Shown piece after piece: positions 37,665-52,005 of a stretch of DNA of 64,000 nucleotides (positions are counted from its first letter, which is position 1; every line of letters begins with the position of its first letter). The translations under genes were made by a program, and so were the position numbers. The stretch is from Eledone cirrhosa (taxonomy: Eukaryota). The stretch covers positions 124,001 to 188,000 of the forward strand of contig CAXHJY010001677.1 of the NCBI GenBank assembly GCA_964016885.1, read 5' to 3'. The notes below the pieces were generated by a model, which made no database searches, was not told the DNA's origin, and worked only from the letters and a program-made list of their open reading frames with translations.

Positions 37665-40600
37665 CATCATCAGCATCATTATTATCGTTTAACGTCTATC
37701 TTCTACGCTAGCATGGGTTTAGACGGGAATTGTCCCACGTGAGGCAAGATTGGTTGTCTTGCTCGTATAGGACTGTCTGGCGGGTTTTCTACGGCTGGAT
37801 GCCCTTCCTAATACAAACCACGTGTACAGTGTGGATTGGGAGGTTTTTACCGTGTTACATACACAGCTACATTATAGCGTGGACTGTGTTTTTTTTTCGT
37901 GACACCTACACGACCTCATTTATTTAGGATTGGATGTTGTTGCACCAACATAACTTTACAGAGAAAGCGGTGGTATAGATGGGGGTGGGGTAGGGGTAGT
38001 GGGATGGTGTTTATTTTTGGTTAAGAGGTGCCTACTGACTGTAGGTTTCGCTTTGTACTTAGGCAAGGCGGGTCTTCTGTATTACTGCGTAGCGTCAAAG
38101 GTCTTGGTCCAGTGACATTGTCTTGGAGAGGTGTAAGTGTGTAAGGTCGGAATTTATCAAATCGTACCAGGTTTTTCTGGGTCTACCTATTCCGTAGCTT
38201 CCATCTGTTTTGATCGCCCTGCACTTTTTTTTATAAAGCTGTCGTCTTTCATGCGCATTGCGTGACCATACCAACGTAGTCTTCTCTGGAGTAAACAGCA
38301 ACTGATCCCTTTTATTCCTAATTTCTGACTTAGTTCATTTATGCTTTGCCGTTCACGTATATTACTATAACACATCCAACGGAGCATGCAAGCTTCGTTC
38401 CTCACCAGTCTGCGCAGATCCTCTGCACACAATGCCCATGTCTCACTGCCATGTAACATTGTTGTTCGTATGCAGGCATCATACAGTCTGCCTTTCATTT
38501 TTAGTGAGAAACCTTTAGCGGCTAATAATGGTATAAGCTCGCTGAACTTTTTCCATCCCGTTCTGACTCTAACTACTGTAATTTCAGAGCACCCTCCACC
38601 ACTGCTGATTTTGTCAGCCAGGTAACGGAAATTGTTCACTATTTCTATAGAACCATCTTGGCAATGGAAGGAGCTAGTATTATGTGGGCATTTGCTGCTA
38701 CATATTGCACCAGAGCACCGGCCACATATAAAATCTATGTTCTTAGTATATCTGTGATCCCACTACATCTTTATGCACCCATACTTTGCATTTGGGACAT
38801 AAGATGGAGTTTCTGCCTACTCCTTTCCTACACACTGAGCATGGCCATTTCCCAGATGGGACCAGTGCCCTATTTTCCTTCCTACATACTAGAACTTTAG
38901 TCTTAGACAAGTTAATTTTAAGGCCTTTTAATCATAGGCCATGCTTCCAAGTTTGGAATTTCTTCTTTAGTTCAGCCATTGATTCAGCTATGAGCGTTAG
39001 ATCAACTGCGTATAGAAGTTCCCATGGGAAGCCGGTCTTGAACTCCTCTGTTATAGCCTGAAGGGCAATAATAAATAGTAGGGGGCTAAGGACAGAGCCC
39101 TAATGAACACTGATATGTACGCTAAATTCTTCACTATATTCGTTGTTAATTCTAACCTTACTCACTGTTTCTTTATACATGGCTTGTATAGCTCTCACAA
39201 GCCATTCATCAGCACCTAGTTTTCTAAGAGCCCACCAGATAATGGAGCGCGGGACTCTGTCAAAGGCTTTCTCCAAGTCAACAAAAGTTAGGTATTGTGG
39301 TTTACATTTAGCAAGGTACTTCTCTTGTAGTTGTCGTACAAGAAAAAGACCGTATGTGGTACTTTTATCTGACACAAACCCAAACTGCATTTCATCTAGA
39401 TCAATTCCCTCTCTGATTAGTTGCGCTATAACTTTGTCTGTGACCTTCATGACCTGGTCAATTAATTTAATGCGTCTATAGTTTCCTCTATCTAGGGCAC
39501 CTCCTTTACCCTTGTAGCAGTTAATGATGATGATGCTACGCCAGTCATTTGGTATGATCCCATTCTGTATGACTTGGTTTACTATCCGGGAGACCATTGT
39601 GTGTCCCACCGATCCAGATGCTTTCAACATTTCAGCAACTATCTCCGAAGGCCCAGCTACTTTGCGTGTCTTCATATCTTTGTTTGCCTTACTTATTATA
39701 CTATCTTCAACTTACACTGCTGGTCCCTCTATTGGATCGATTTGGGGCAGGCTATCTTTTTCCCACTTATTCTCCTCATTTAGTAGCCTTTCGTAGTGAA
39801 CCTTCCAAGCTACCTTCTTATCAGTAACAGTGATGGCAAGTATACCATCATTATTACGGACACACTTCTCCGCGACAATATCACGGTTTTCCTTGACACA
39901 TTGTGTAGCAATCCTGAACACCTCACGTTTTGGGTCCTCGCGTTGTAGAACATGCTTGAACTTTCTTTCCTCTTCTTCCCTTCTTGCAAGGTACACTTGT
40001 CTCCTAGCTTCTCTCCTGGCCACTTGATAGTCTTCTCTACTTCCGCCATACTTTCCAAGCTTGCTTTTTGACCTTGATTGACTCTTCCACCTTACTGTTC
40101 CACCACCATGTTACTCTCCTCCTGCCTATAGGCCTGCTCCAGCCACAGATTTCATCTGTCGCCTTCAGCAGGTTAACTTTCAGGAATTCCCACTGTTCCT
40201 CTATACTGTACGTCTCTAATTGCTCTTCTTTACTGTCAAAAGCAAAGTAGTACGCTTTTCAATTTGTTACTGGCTGTGGGGTCCTTTAACTTCTATATTC
40301 TTCTTCTCAGGGTGGTCCTCCTCTGTTGTCGAGTACGTCTCGTCCTGACTATGAGGTCACTAACTATGAGGCTATGTTGGGAGGTGCATTCTTCACGGGG
40401 GAGGGATTTAGTGTTTACAACCGACACTTTGTCACGTCTTCTGGTAAGAATATAATCTATCTGACTGGCGTGTTCCCCTGACCTATAGGTGATCAAGTGA
40501 TTGTCTCGTTTTTTTAAGTTTGTGTTGCAGATAGTTAAGTTATTTGCGTCACAGAATTCCAGAATTCTGAAGCCTTCCTCATTTCTGGTACCAAACTCGT

Positions 40601-41300
40601 AGCCTCCATGGATTCCGTTATAGCCGTCACAATGTTGTCCAACATGACCATTTAGGTCGCCAGCAATAATTATGTAGTCACTGTCGGTTATTTGGGAGGT
40701 AGTGAGCATTAGCGACTCATAGATTCTGCCTTTATATCGCCAGGAAGTACAGATTGGTGTGCTTAAGCGGATATTATTGTCACAGTAGTTCTTATTTTTA
40801 TTATTCTGTAGTTCACTCTATTTACGTCAATTACCTTATCTACCCATTTTTCTGCTAACATAATTCCCACTTCACCCAGCGCATTTTCATTTCCCATCCA
40901 GAAAAGTTCATAGCATCGTTTTTTACCCACAATGAATCTAGCAGACCCACCCCTCCACATAGTCTCTTGGACGCAACAAGCATCAACTTCCTTACGTTCA
41001 AGCATCTCTACAACCTCGTTCGAGCGACCTTTTAAAGTGCCTACATTCATGGTACCAACTCTGAAGTTTTGGCTTTCGTTTGATGGGTGGAAGGGATTGG
41101 TTAGAGGTGTAGGGAAGGGTGGGGGAGATGAAGTTATGTTTGCCATCCGTGTCTTAAATAAAGAGGAATCCTTGCATTTTTGTCCGGCCACATGAGGTGA
41201 ATTTATCTTTATCTTTGACATTGTCATTTGAGTGTCCAGATTCTTCGTACTCTCCAGAATCCCACAGTCCATCTAACATATCAAAGGCAACCAGGTTTAA
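37665..41300 (-). mobile_element. Near full-length decayed RTE-clade LINE (APE endonuclease + RT)
   Basis: VGTMNVGTL, CVQET, AGDLNGHVG, SQIDYIL, SQHSLIV; NYRRIKL, MQFGF, FVDLEKAFDRVP, LYAVD, MLHGSETW, RLRWYGH; (GAT)n-like 3' tail at ~37665-37688; many frameshifts/stops. Confidence 0.93.
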
Positions 41301-41435
41301 GCTTAAGGAATGAATAGCCGAGGCGGTGGTTTTGTGTAAAGATTGGTAAGAGAGACGTATAAGCCGCTGAATTATGATTGGACCATCTAATAATGGTGGT
41401 GAGTGGGGGCGGGGGCAGGAGGATATGGGGAAGTT

Positions 41436-42145
41436 AACTAGAAGGTTATTTTTTAAAAATCTAAACCTATACAGTAATCAGTGTTTAAATACGAGAAGGT
41501 TATTAAACGAACTTATAACAGTAATCAGAGTTTAAATACAAGAAGATTGTTGGGGGGGGGGGGGGTCTGACAGAATTAACGAATAAAATTGAAAGCTTGG
41601 ATTCTAAGTAAATGGACCGTGTAAAAACATAGAGAGAGCCAAGAACATGTCGTAAATACAATTACATTTCTCAAACGTCTCATCGGCATGGATGAAGATT
41701 TAAAGAATTCTGAATTTTTTTTACGACCGACAGGTTCATTTTATACTTGCTAAGAGAGAGAGAGGGAGGCCTGTAGGCTTATAGACAACTAGAAGGTTAT
41801 TTTTTTTATAATCTAAACCTATAAACGGGCGTATAACAGTAATCAGTGTTTAAATACGAGAAGGTTACTAAACGAACGTATAACCGTAATCAGAGTTTAA
41901 ATACAAGAAGATTGTTTTTGATGGTCTGACAGAATTAACGAATAAAATTGAAAGCTTGCATTCTAAGTAAATGGACCGTGTAAAAACATAGAGAGAGACA
42001 AGAAAATGGCGTAAATACAATTACATTTCTCAAACGTCCCTTCGGCAGGGATGAAGATTCAAAGAATTCTGAAATTTTTTACGACCGGCAGGTTGTTTTA
42101 TACTTGCTAAGAGAGAGTGAAGGGGGTCTGTAGGCTTATAGACAA
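41436..42145. repeat. Tandem duplication of an ~350-bp unit directly upstream of the RTE ORF
   Basis: 41436-41786 and 41787-42145 align over their length; internal ~43-bp sub-repeats. Confidence 0.85.
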
Positions 42146-43035
42146 TGCATTGGGAGCAGAATAGAGGAGAAGAAGAAGGAAGAATGTTCCCGAAGGTTAG
42201 TTTTTAATAATAATAATAATAATAATATGATAATATTACTAATATTCAGTTCGTTTGCAAGCAAAAAGCCTCATAACACCATGTGTGTTTTCTAGATGTC
42301 TGACGTCATACTTTTGTTCCAGCGGTAGCAGACAAAAAATAATTGACAATTGCTTAGTATGCAAATTAGGCTAATAAGCTGATGTATATCGTTGAGAATA
42401 CTATGATGACAGGCAAAGTGTACCTCACATGGGATTTGTGCAGGCTGGAACAAATACTGCAATTTCTTTCTATCTACTGTTCTAATAACTCTCTTACTTT
42501 GATGCCATATAGTATATACAAACACACACACATATTTTTACATCAACACCAATTCTACCAATACTGACATATTAAATATAAAATGTTCATATTTAAATAA
42601 AATTCTTAATCGAAATATGATTATAACATAATGATATTATGTCATTTCATTTGGTCAACATCAATATCTAAATTTACAGATATTTTACTAACAACTTAAG
42701 AAATACTCATTAGAGTAAAAAGTGAAATAAATTAATTGTCTATTCATTAAAAATGTAGTTTAGCTTTTGAAACAAATAGAAAGATTACATATATGTATTC
42801 ATCAAATTCATTTTATTAGAGGAATGGAGAAAATTATTCTTTAATATTTAACATGTAACTCTATATAATGGTAACAGTTTAAATTCCAACGGTGGCAATT
42901 TATTTCTTAGTAATCGGTACCAACTTTATAGATTGAATGTTTAAAAAGATTAAGATTTGTACTCACGCACACGCATTAATGGTCATCTAACAATCCCATG
43001 AACTCAAAATCTGAGAATAGTAGTGGAATGAATTA

Positions 43036-45005
43036 CACAGTGTAACATCATTTTTGTTTCCCGGCTCTAAGTGTCATTCATGGTTTGCTATATCCCATTA
43101 TTATTAAAAAAACACTATTATTTAATCAGAAGTTTGGGTTTGTGGTCAGAAGTTTGCTATTTCGAAATTTTCATATTTTTCAAGAAAAAACACATTCTTT
43201 TTAAATTTATCAGTTCATATAATTAAATCAACAGAGTATATATTTATTTTATTACACAAGCTTATCAAAAGCAAACAAGTAAAAACAAATAACACATATA
43301 AAGCAACTTATACACGTCAGAAATGACTGGATTTCCTGGATTTGCGGTTGTAGTCCAGGTTGCATTCCTGCACTAGCCCCCAGATATAGTCTCCAATCAT
43401 TTTTTCATTGTAGTGGCCCTGGTACCTCCGCTCTATCTCATTCACATCTTGGTGGAATCGTTGCCTTGTTCTTCTGAGTAGGCACCCATATTGTCCTTGA
43501 ATTTTTCCCGGTGAGCGTCCAGCATATGGAGTTTAAGCGACATCCTGCATCCCATGACGCCAAAAGCCTTTATCAGATCCTGCACCAGTTGCTGGTAGTT
43601 TTCAGCTCTGTAGTTGCCCAGGAAGCCCTTAACAACTGCCTTGAAACAGTTCCAAGCGGTTCTCTCAATCCTATTGAACTTATTGGAAAACTTGGTAGAT
43701 TCAAACACCTTCTTTATCTGAGGTCCAACAAAAATTCCACCTTTGATTTTGACCTCAGATAACTTGGAGAAGAACTCAAGGTACTTAAAAGTGGCTGATT
43801 CTTGGTTGAGAGCCTTCACAAACTGCTTCATCAACCCCAACTTAATGTGCAGTGGTGGCATGAGCACAATCCTGGGATCAACCAGTGGTTCCCAGATGAC
43901 GTTCCTGGTCCCAACTACAAATTATGTTCGCTGCTCCCAGTTCTTTCTTTTGTAGTGGTCAGAGGTGGCTCTGCTGTCCCAAAGGCAGAGAAAGCATTGG
44001 AATTTGATAAAGTCTCCTTGGAGTCCAAGCAGGAAAGCCACCATCTTGAAGTCTCCAATGATTTCCCAATCGTACTGGTTTTATTGCAGAGCTTCCAAGA
44101 GGACTTCACACTGTAGTAATCTTCCTTCAGGCAGACTGAATCAGCTAGGGGCAGTGTCGGGAACTTGTTTCCATTGTGGAGGAGGATAACCTTCAAACTT
44201 GTGGTGGAGCTGTCTATAAATAGCCGCCATTCCTTGGGCACAAACGGCACCCCAATAACGTCAAACAGTCCAGGCACATCATGGCAGAATTAGAGGCCAT
44301 CCCTAAGAGTGTAAAAGCCTGAGAAAGGTTCGTGTCAACTTCTCTGACTTGTCACCTGCACTTCCGCCTTGACCAAGTCCCACTGCTTCATCCTGGAGAC
44401 GAATAGCTCTGCATTGGACTTGGTCAGACCCATCTCCCTGACCAAGTCATTGACTTCTTTTTGGTTTGGGAAGTGAGGAACTTTTTCTGGTACCTCAGGC
44501 AGGTAATCGAAGTCCTCAGCATCCATCTCCTCCTCTTCATCTTTGGAAAATAAATTTGATATGCATGCAATACAAAATAAATATTGGAAAGGCAAATACA
44601 TATTTAAATAATATAAAAGAACACTAATCATACTAATGAAAATGTGTGCTTAAAACACAACTTACCCTTTATTCAGGGTGCGAAAATCCAGTATCAATAT
44701 TAATCCACTTTTTAACAATTTTAAACTTTATTGCACTTTTATAATTTTCTTTAGGTATTACTCTTTATTTTATAATTTTAATTTAACCGGAAACATATAT
44801 TAAAAAAATCATTTAACATAAGCAAATTAAACTTACATACAACGTAAAATCCAGAATACAAATAATTCTAGTGAATAGCTTAGAATGTTTACAAACCCAA
44901 ACTTTTAACTGTTTAATAGCACTTTTTTTTTATTTGGGACCTAAGCAACACAAAAAAGTTATTACAAACGAGGAACAGAGAAAAAAAAAATTTTGTTACA
45001 CGGTT
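43036..45005 (-). mobile_element. Chapaev3-type (CMC superfamily) DNA transposon, decayed and internally deleted
   Basis: TIRs CACAGTGTAACA / TGTTACACGGTT with longer imperfect subterminal match; TTA TSD on both sides; transposase motifs DLVREMGLTKSNAEL, WRLFIDSS..SLK..LLHNGN, PPLHIKLGLMKQFVKAL, MSLKLHML, SEEQG; putative intron 44541-44665. Confidence 0.85.
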
Positions 45006-46329
45006 TTATAAGCTTATAAATAAATAAATTCTATTACAAGTATTATTTACTCTTTTTTTCATTTGTAGTTCCAAAATATATATAGAGAGATGTGTGCAAG
45101 AGGTTTGTTTATAGATTAGTTTTATAGTTTAGTTTGTAAAATTAACGTTTCATTCTGTAATATTTTATAATACAAGGAATCTACAAGGTGGTATGATTTT
45201 GTGAAATGTGTTACAGTGAACTATAGTTTAGAGCTATATTTATTTGAGTTTAATTACATAGCGAAGAAGTAATTTTAATGCTCACATAAATATAGTACCT
45301 GCAATAAAAATAATAGTAATTAGTTTTAGTTTGATGATTGCAGTTAGGAAAATAAATTAAATAATTTATCACATTCAAATAACAATATTATTCAAAATTC
45401 TACATGCTTCAAACCACTTTATATCTATAATAGCCAACAACATAATTAAATTTTATTCTACAAATAAATAAAAATGAGAATTAAATGCATAACTTGACTA
45501 CAGAAATATGTCTCAGACTGATTCACTAACATTTTGTCACTATATTTCTTATGAAAATACTGCCCAGGATTATCTATTAATCTTTGAAATAAACAGGAAT
45601 TTTTGATGAATTTACTAATAATATAATTTCTTAATATTAAGCGAGAGTTTGGGGCATAACTCAACAAAACTTCCTTCAAAACATTATGGTGGAATGTTTT
45701 TAGACAAATATAAAAAGTAAGTTTTGTATTGTAAAGCCATAGGTGTTTTTGGATGGTTTGGTATCAACAGAATTAATTAACCAATGAGATAGTGGCTAAC
45801 TGGTTTACTTTTGCAAATGTTAATTCGAATTAAAATCATTTTTTTCCCACCTAGGTAGATGAAACTTATATGTATCAGAATCCATGTACCAAATGGTTTA
45901 AAAGAGTCAATGTAACATTAATACGAATTATACTATAATTTGTTTTGTATTTGCCATTGTTTGGTTACAATGTTTCAATACCAATTCTAGATATCATTTG
46001 AAAGTATTATATTATCTTTTTAAACAAGACAATCTTTTTCATGCAAGATAATATGTGGTTGCATAAAGAGGGATTAAATATTTAAAATCAGTTATAGGAA
46101 AAATCAACATGAATGCTATAAAGTCCCTTGTTATCTTATAATTTGATTTAGATACGAATTTGGTTATTTTATAGTAAGATGGATAACTTAGTAATGGGCA
46201 TATTGCCAAATTGATAGTTTTATCACACTGTCTCACTCATCACTTTCTCTTACTTATCATACTCTTTGTAGTTGGTTGATGCAATGTTTTCACATGATCA
46301 AATTAAACTCAAAGGGAACCACAGCCGCC

Positions 46330-46743
46330 CTAGTGTTAGTGATCTACATGATAAATGCACCAAGTACATGTTGTAAAGTGGTTGGTGATACGAAGGGCAT
46401 CCAGCCATAGAAAATGTGCCTATCAAAGAGCTGGAAGAACCCTCAGTGGTGTCAAGGACATGACAGCCTCCCTAGTGAGGTGGAGGACACAATACATGCA
46501 TCCAATACATACTGTAAAGTGGTTGGTGGTAGGAATGGTATCTGGCCAGAGAAAGCTTGCCAAATAACAAGTTGGCATGACCTTCAGTTGTGTCAAAAAT
46601 ATGAAAACGTATGTGCATTTTGTATAATGTGAAACCATACATAAGCAAGATGCAGTCCTGACTTGGTCTACATAGATCTGTCTAATCCTTGGTAGCAGGG
46701 AAAGTGGACATTAAAACAATGATGAGGATGATGATGATGATAA
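46330..46743 (+). mobile_element. Old non-autonomous RTE-tail repeat (related copy ~53460-53620)
   Basis: GTAAAGTGGTTGG..GAAGGGCATCCAGCC.TAGAAA matches the RTE 3' UTR at 37785-37830; ends in (GAT)n. Confidence 0.6.
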
Positions 46744-48133
46744 TGTTTTAACTAGCTATTGGGCAGTTATTTCTATCAATGGTGGTTTGGCTGTTTTAGA
46801 ATCAGATGAGTAATAACAGGAGACAGATATTTGGGCATGTGTTATCAAATTTCATAAATAAAATGTGAAATTATTGCTCCAATATCCTGTTATAAGATCT
46901 GGGTCTGTGGGTTTTTAAATGCATATTGTTTTTTGTTCGTAATGCTTGCAAGAGCCCAGTAGTCGCTCTTCTATTTATGCAGTAATTTTTTTGAATCCAT
47001 CATATTTTCCCCATATTGACTTTTAGTAGCATTTAACTTCTTCACTTTTTACAGAGATTGTGTTTATGCTGAAGCAACGACAGACTGCTTTTGGAATGCT
47101 GGCAAACATTTTATTCAACATTTGCCATTTAATATAAATCAATCTCACTTTGTTAAAACTATTAACATCCTATAACGATTGCAAGAGTAATGAACGATTA
47201 CATGGTAAAGAGGATGAATAGGAAAAAGAATGAAAATAGAAGAATGATCAAGACAAGAGAGTGAACGATGACAGAAGAATGACAAGAATAAGAAGGTGAA
47301 AGAAGAGATGAAACAGAGTGATACTGTTAATTGTTAATTCTAATATACTTAAAACCAAGCAACACAAAAAAACAAACTTATTATAAAATTGATAATAAAC
47401 ATTTCTAATCTGTCTGATAGTTGATTTTTTTGTTAAATCTCCACTCATTATACTGTTAAGAATATATTTAATCATATCTTTAAAAAATATTTTATATTAC
47501 TTGTATTTTCATAGTTTATTTTACCAATCTTGTAATTCCCTATATACAATAGAAAACATTTTATTTGTTGAATTGCTTTTATTGTGTGACATTCTCTTTA
47601 TATCAAATTGGTAGTAGCAAATCTGAGGATAATCTGTTATTTTCTTGTTTAATTCTAACTCTTCTGGGTAAATATTTTCCTAATGTTTTTGAAACCCATC
47701 ATTAAGCTGAAAGTGTATTTAAATTTCTTATATTATTTATTATTCTTATTATTATTTATCCATTTATTTTCGTAAAAAAAAAATAATATTAAAGAATTTA
47801 TCATTTCCAAAATAGTAAAGAAATAAATTTACTTAATTCTAACAATTACTTAATCACAACATTATTTTTATTTTAGTGGCAAAAAAATGCGTATTTCTAA
47901 TTGAGAAAAAAACATTATCTATTGAGAACTGTATAAGCTTTTTAAGAGCACCTCTACTAAATATCAAATTATGTTTTCTATTTGTTTGCCTATTTTACTA
48001 GCACACATTAATACTATTTTCATATTTCTTTTCTGAAGACAAAAATTCATTATTCCTTGTAAGACATCTATATTAATCTTCTATTTTCTTTCACTTAATT
48101 CTAGTAGTAATGTGTGGCCATGCTGGAAGCATT

Positions 48134-48135
<2 letters not shown>

Positions 48136-48196
<61 letters not shown>

Positions 48197-48206
48197 CCTC
48201 TCTCTC
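48136..48206. repeat. (CT)n microsatellite
   Basis: Directly visible. Confidence 0.97.
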
Positions 48207-49016
48207 ATGCTTGGTGTGTTGTATTTTTTTTTGTTATTTGTCTCACTAACTCTTTTTGATTGCCGACTGTAAGGAGTACTTGATACTTCCCCTAGTCTGT
48301 CATGGCTTACTAGCTCTATATGGACGTTTAAATTGAATAAATAAATAGATCCCAAGTTTTTCTCTGACAATGGGGTGGGATGAAATTCTAGTATTACATA
48401 GGAGCACTGTGTACAAAACTTTCAGTACCAACATTTTGTTATATTCTATCAAGGATCGTCTGCAAAAATCGTTCTGCATATTTCTGTTGTTTAGTCCAGG
48501 GATCGGTGTCTTAAATCTTTCAACTTCATCTTTGTGTGAGACTAGATTGCTTCTAGTTAATTGGAGGTTATATTAAAGTTACATTTATTTTCTTCTCTAA
48601 AGTGCTTACCTTAATGTTTAAAGAAATGGTCTCTATCATAAGATATAATGGAAACTCAATTGTAATATTTGCCATTTTCGTGAAAGAAGTGTGTTTCATT
48701 TGAAGGTTTCTACATTTTCTTATCTGTTTAATAATGATACATTTCTCAATGAATATGTCTGTACTCCAGTTTATATTTACTGTTAAGTCATATGCCTCTG
48801 CTTTTTGTATTTGTCCCTCAAGAGCCTGTACAAAAAATGAAGTGTAAAAAGCTGATTGGGTTTTGACACATGAAGCTATATATTTCAGTGGTGTGTTATA
48901 AAACTATCATAAATCACAGGATATTTTAATTCAACACCAACAGGAAAAAGATAGAGTAATCATGGCTGGGATACCTTTCATTATATAGATTTGAAAAGAT
49001 TGAGCTGGGACTAAAC

Positions 49017-49205
49017 AATAATTGTTTCTACTTTTTGGCACAAGGCCAACAATTACCCAGTACATTACTGGTACTTTATTTTATCGACTCCGTAAGGATG
49101 AAAGGTAAAATTAACCTCCGACGGGATTTGAACTCAGACTGTAAAGTGAGGTAACTATGCTGGAAAGCATAGCGTCCGACCCTCTACCAATACTGCCAAT
49201 TCACT
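49017..49205 (-). mobile_element. tRNA-derived SINE
   Basis: Same family as 30260-30452; TSD TGGGACTAAACAATAAT. Confidence 0.88.
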
Positions 49206-51786
49206 TGGGACTAAACAATAATGATAACAACAATCATAAGGATTAATAAAGAAAACAGTTCATGACACTATTTTGTTTGGCAAGACTATTTTCATTCTTC
49301 TTATAATTATTATTGTCAACCACATTCATACCAGCATCTATTTTTTACTGCCATAATGAAAAAAACACAGTCTTCATCACCATTTTCAGGACTTCCAAGG
49401 TTTGAGGAAATTCTTTCCAGACCAGATTCCCTCTACCATTCTTTCACATCTTCCTTCTCTATTTTATTGGAAACAAGGTCTGAATGATCAACAACCTATG
49501 CTCTCAGACAACGAATTCAACACTGACAAGTGAGAGGGCTATTTGTGTATTACTCTATATAGTGTTTGGCTGGCTAATCCCATGATATAATCTGTTTAAT
49601 TAGCTAATGAACAACACCAACAACATCAGCATCATCATTCACTGATATGTGATTAGTTTGGAATGTATGCTGAACTAATTCTATTGTTCTCTTAATACAT
49701 CTTGGCATTGGTTAACTAAACAAATGCTTTTCCATTTTTTTCTCCCACTTCTAAATTACATTCTCCCCTATTCTTCCTCAATATCAGTTGCATTGCTAAT
49801 TTATATCCTAACACTATTCTCCTTTGCCATTTTCTTTTGTATATATCCCTCTTACACAGTCTCTCTATCTTTCTTGCCTCCTTCTCTCCTCAATGAACAG
49901 AATAGCTGGTAAGTTGTCCTTCTTATCCACTTGATCTGGGTCATCATCATCATTATCGTCATCATAATCATTTTACATATTTCAGTAGTTGGATAAATAT
50001 ACTGATCTGTTCCGAGCTCTCTTCTTCTCTTAGTTGTATTTTTATTTTTATCTATCTCTATTATCTCTTCTTTTTGTTCTGCTTTCCTTCCATTTATCTC
50101 ATCAATTGATTCTTGGTAACAATCTTTGGTTAAAGGAATAATCATAGACTGAAAAGACCAAGGAAATCAGGTGAAAAATTGAAAGTCCAACTCAAAGGTT
50201 GTTGCTTTTGTGTAATGTTGTCTAGCTGTGAAAACAGGTGTTATCTATATGAAAAATGGGTTTTGTTTGGTCTTTGGAATAAAACAGACATATGTTTTCT
50301 CATTGTACTGATAAATTATTTCATGGTACTGTCTTCTTCAAATTGATGCCATTTCATTCACAAGAATGCATTCTTGCTAGAAGGAAAAGCAAAATAGGTA
50401 AAGTACAATAAAAGGTTTAGGAGAGAAAAAAAAACTTCTATAAAAGCAAATGCTAGAAGGAAATTATCATCATTGATCGGAAAATTGGCAAATATAGATA
50501 TATGTTTGAATGAAAAGGTCTGTAGACAATTATAATAAGACTTCAACAATTGTTCTGAAATTACAAAACTTTCCTCGTCCCATAATTGTGTTTAAGATCT
50601 GTTCAACCTTGATTAAGTGTAGAAATATGAAATTTTTTTCTTTCACTAGTTTTGTTTGTTGTTCATGCCAGTTCATGTTGCATTATATTTTATAATTCAA
50701 ATTTTGTGTATGTTATGTGGGAACATAGTTTTGATAAGTCTATAGTAATGTTTAACTCTTTTCCATTTATGTAAACTCATACCTGGCATTGAGATATTTA
50801 GTACTCTAGTTTAGCATGGTATTGTATACCACATTCTCCAAAATAAAATAATATCAACTTATGGTTTGGGAAGCTGACAAACCTAATTGTTGACACTTCT
50901 TGCTCTGTCAACAATATGAACATTACTAAGCTTGCATTTTCTACTAAGGTCAACCCTCACCCATGCCAAATTATGTGATAGTTTATAACATCATATGATC
51001 TTCTGCACAGCTTTAGATATTTCCACAGTGCAAAGATGTAGAGCAATTTATTTATGGATATTATTATACATTAAATTCAATTATACAAATGCGTATAAAA
51101 CTTTGATCCAAAATAGTCAGTAATGTATCTTTTGGAGGTGTGCAAACTAAGTGGCTGCTTAATTGATCTTAATGGTATCACCCACCCCAGACATATGAAA
51201 TGAGTTAACTGTCATAATATCATACAATCTTCTCCAGCAGTTTGGATATTTCTATAATGCTGTTATAAGGCAAAGTTGTGTAGCAATTCATTTACTGATT
51301 GCCAGATATTATCAGTATCAATAGAGCAGTATCAATTTGCAGCATATAGTTATGACCCTTTATGTTCTGAGGTTATCTTTGCCTTTCATCCTTATGGGGT
51401 CGATAAAATAAAGCACCAGTAATGCACTGGGGTTATTGCTGCCCTTGTGTCAAAAGTAGAAATAATATATATTTGATTGAATGATACAAATTTGTTTGAA
51501 ACTGATCCATTATGATTCTGTAATGCACCTCCTGGAGATCTGTTCTCTAGGCAGATCCTAGTTGGTCTTAATGATATTGACAATCCTCTTTATTTTTGTA
51601 ATTCCTATTTTGTGTTATGCTGCTACGCATATTTAACCGTGAGCTCCAGCATCAGACAACTTCTTTTCTATATATCACTACAAGAGAAATATGTTTATAT
51701 GTAGTAACACTATTTTAAAATTAATCATTACATCCTTTGATGATGGAGCACAAATATTTAGAGAGAATGAGATGTGTAGAATCTAA

Positions 51787-52005
51787 TAATAGTTTCTTAT
51801 ATAGGCACAAGGCCAGTAATTTTGGAGGAGGGGAAAGTCGATTGAATCGCACCCAGTATGTAACTGGTGCTTTATTTTATCGACCCCGTAAGGATTAAAG
51901 GCAAAGTTAACCTCGGCACGATTTGAACTCAGATCATAAAGGGCTGTAACTCTATGCTGCAAAATATGGCGTCTGACCCTCTACCGATACTGCCAATCCA
52001 CCATC
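51787..52005 (-). mobile_element. tRNA-derived SINE (a decayed + strand copy lies at ~51305-51465)
   Basis: A/B boxes and core; TSD TGTGTAGAATCTAATAAT. Confidence 0.88.

Noticed and set aside
42040-42095. HHR-like ATGAAGA...GAAA motif in the tandem duplication
   Set aside because: Core mismatch, poor stem II register and no stem I/III
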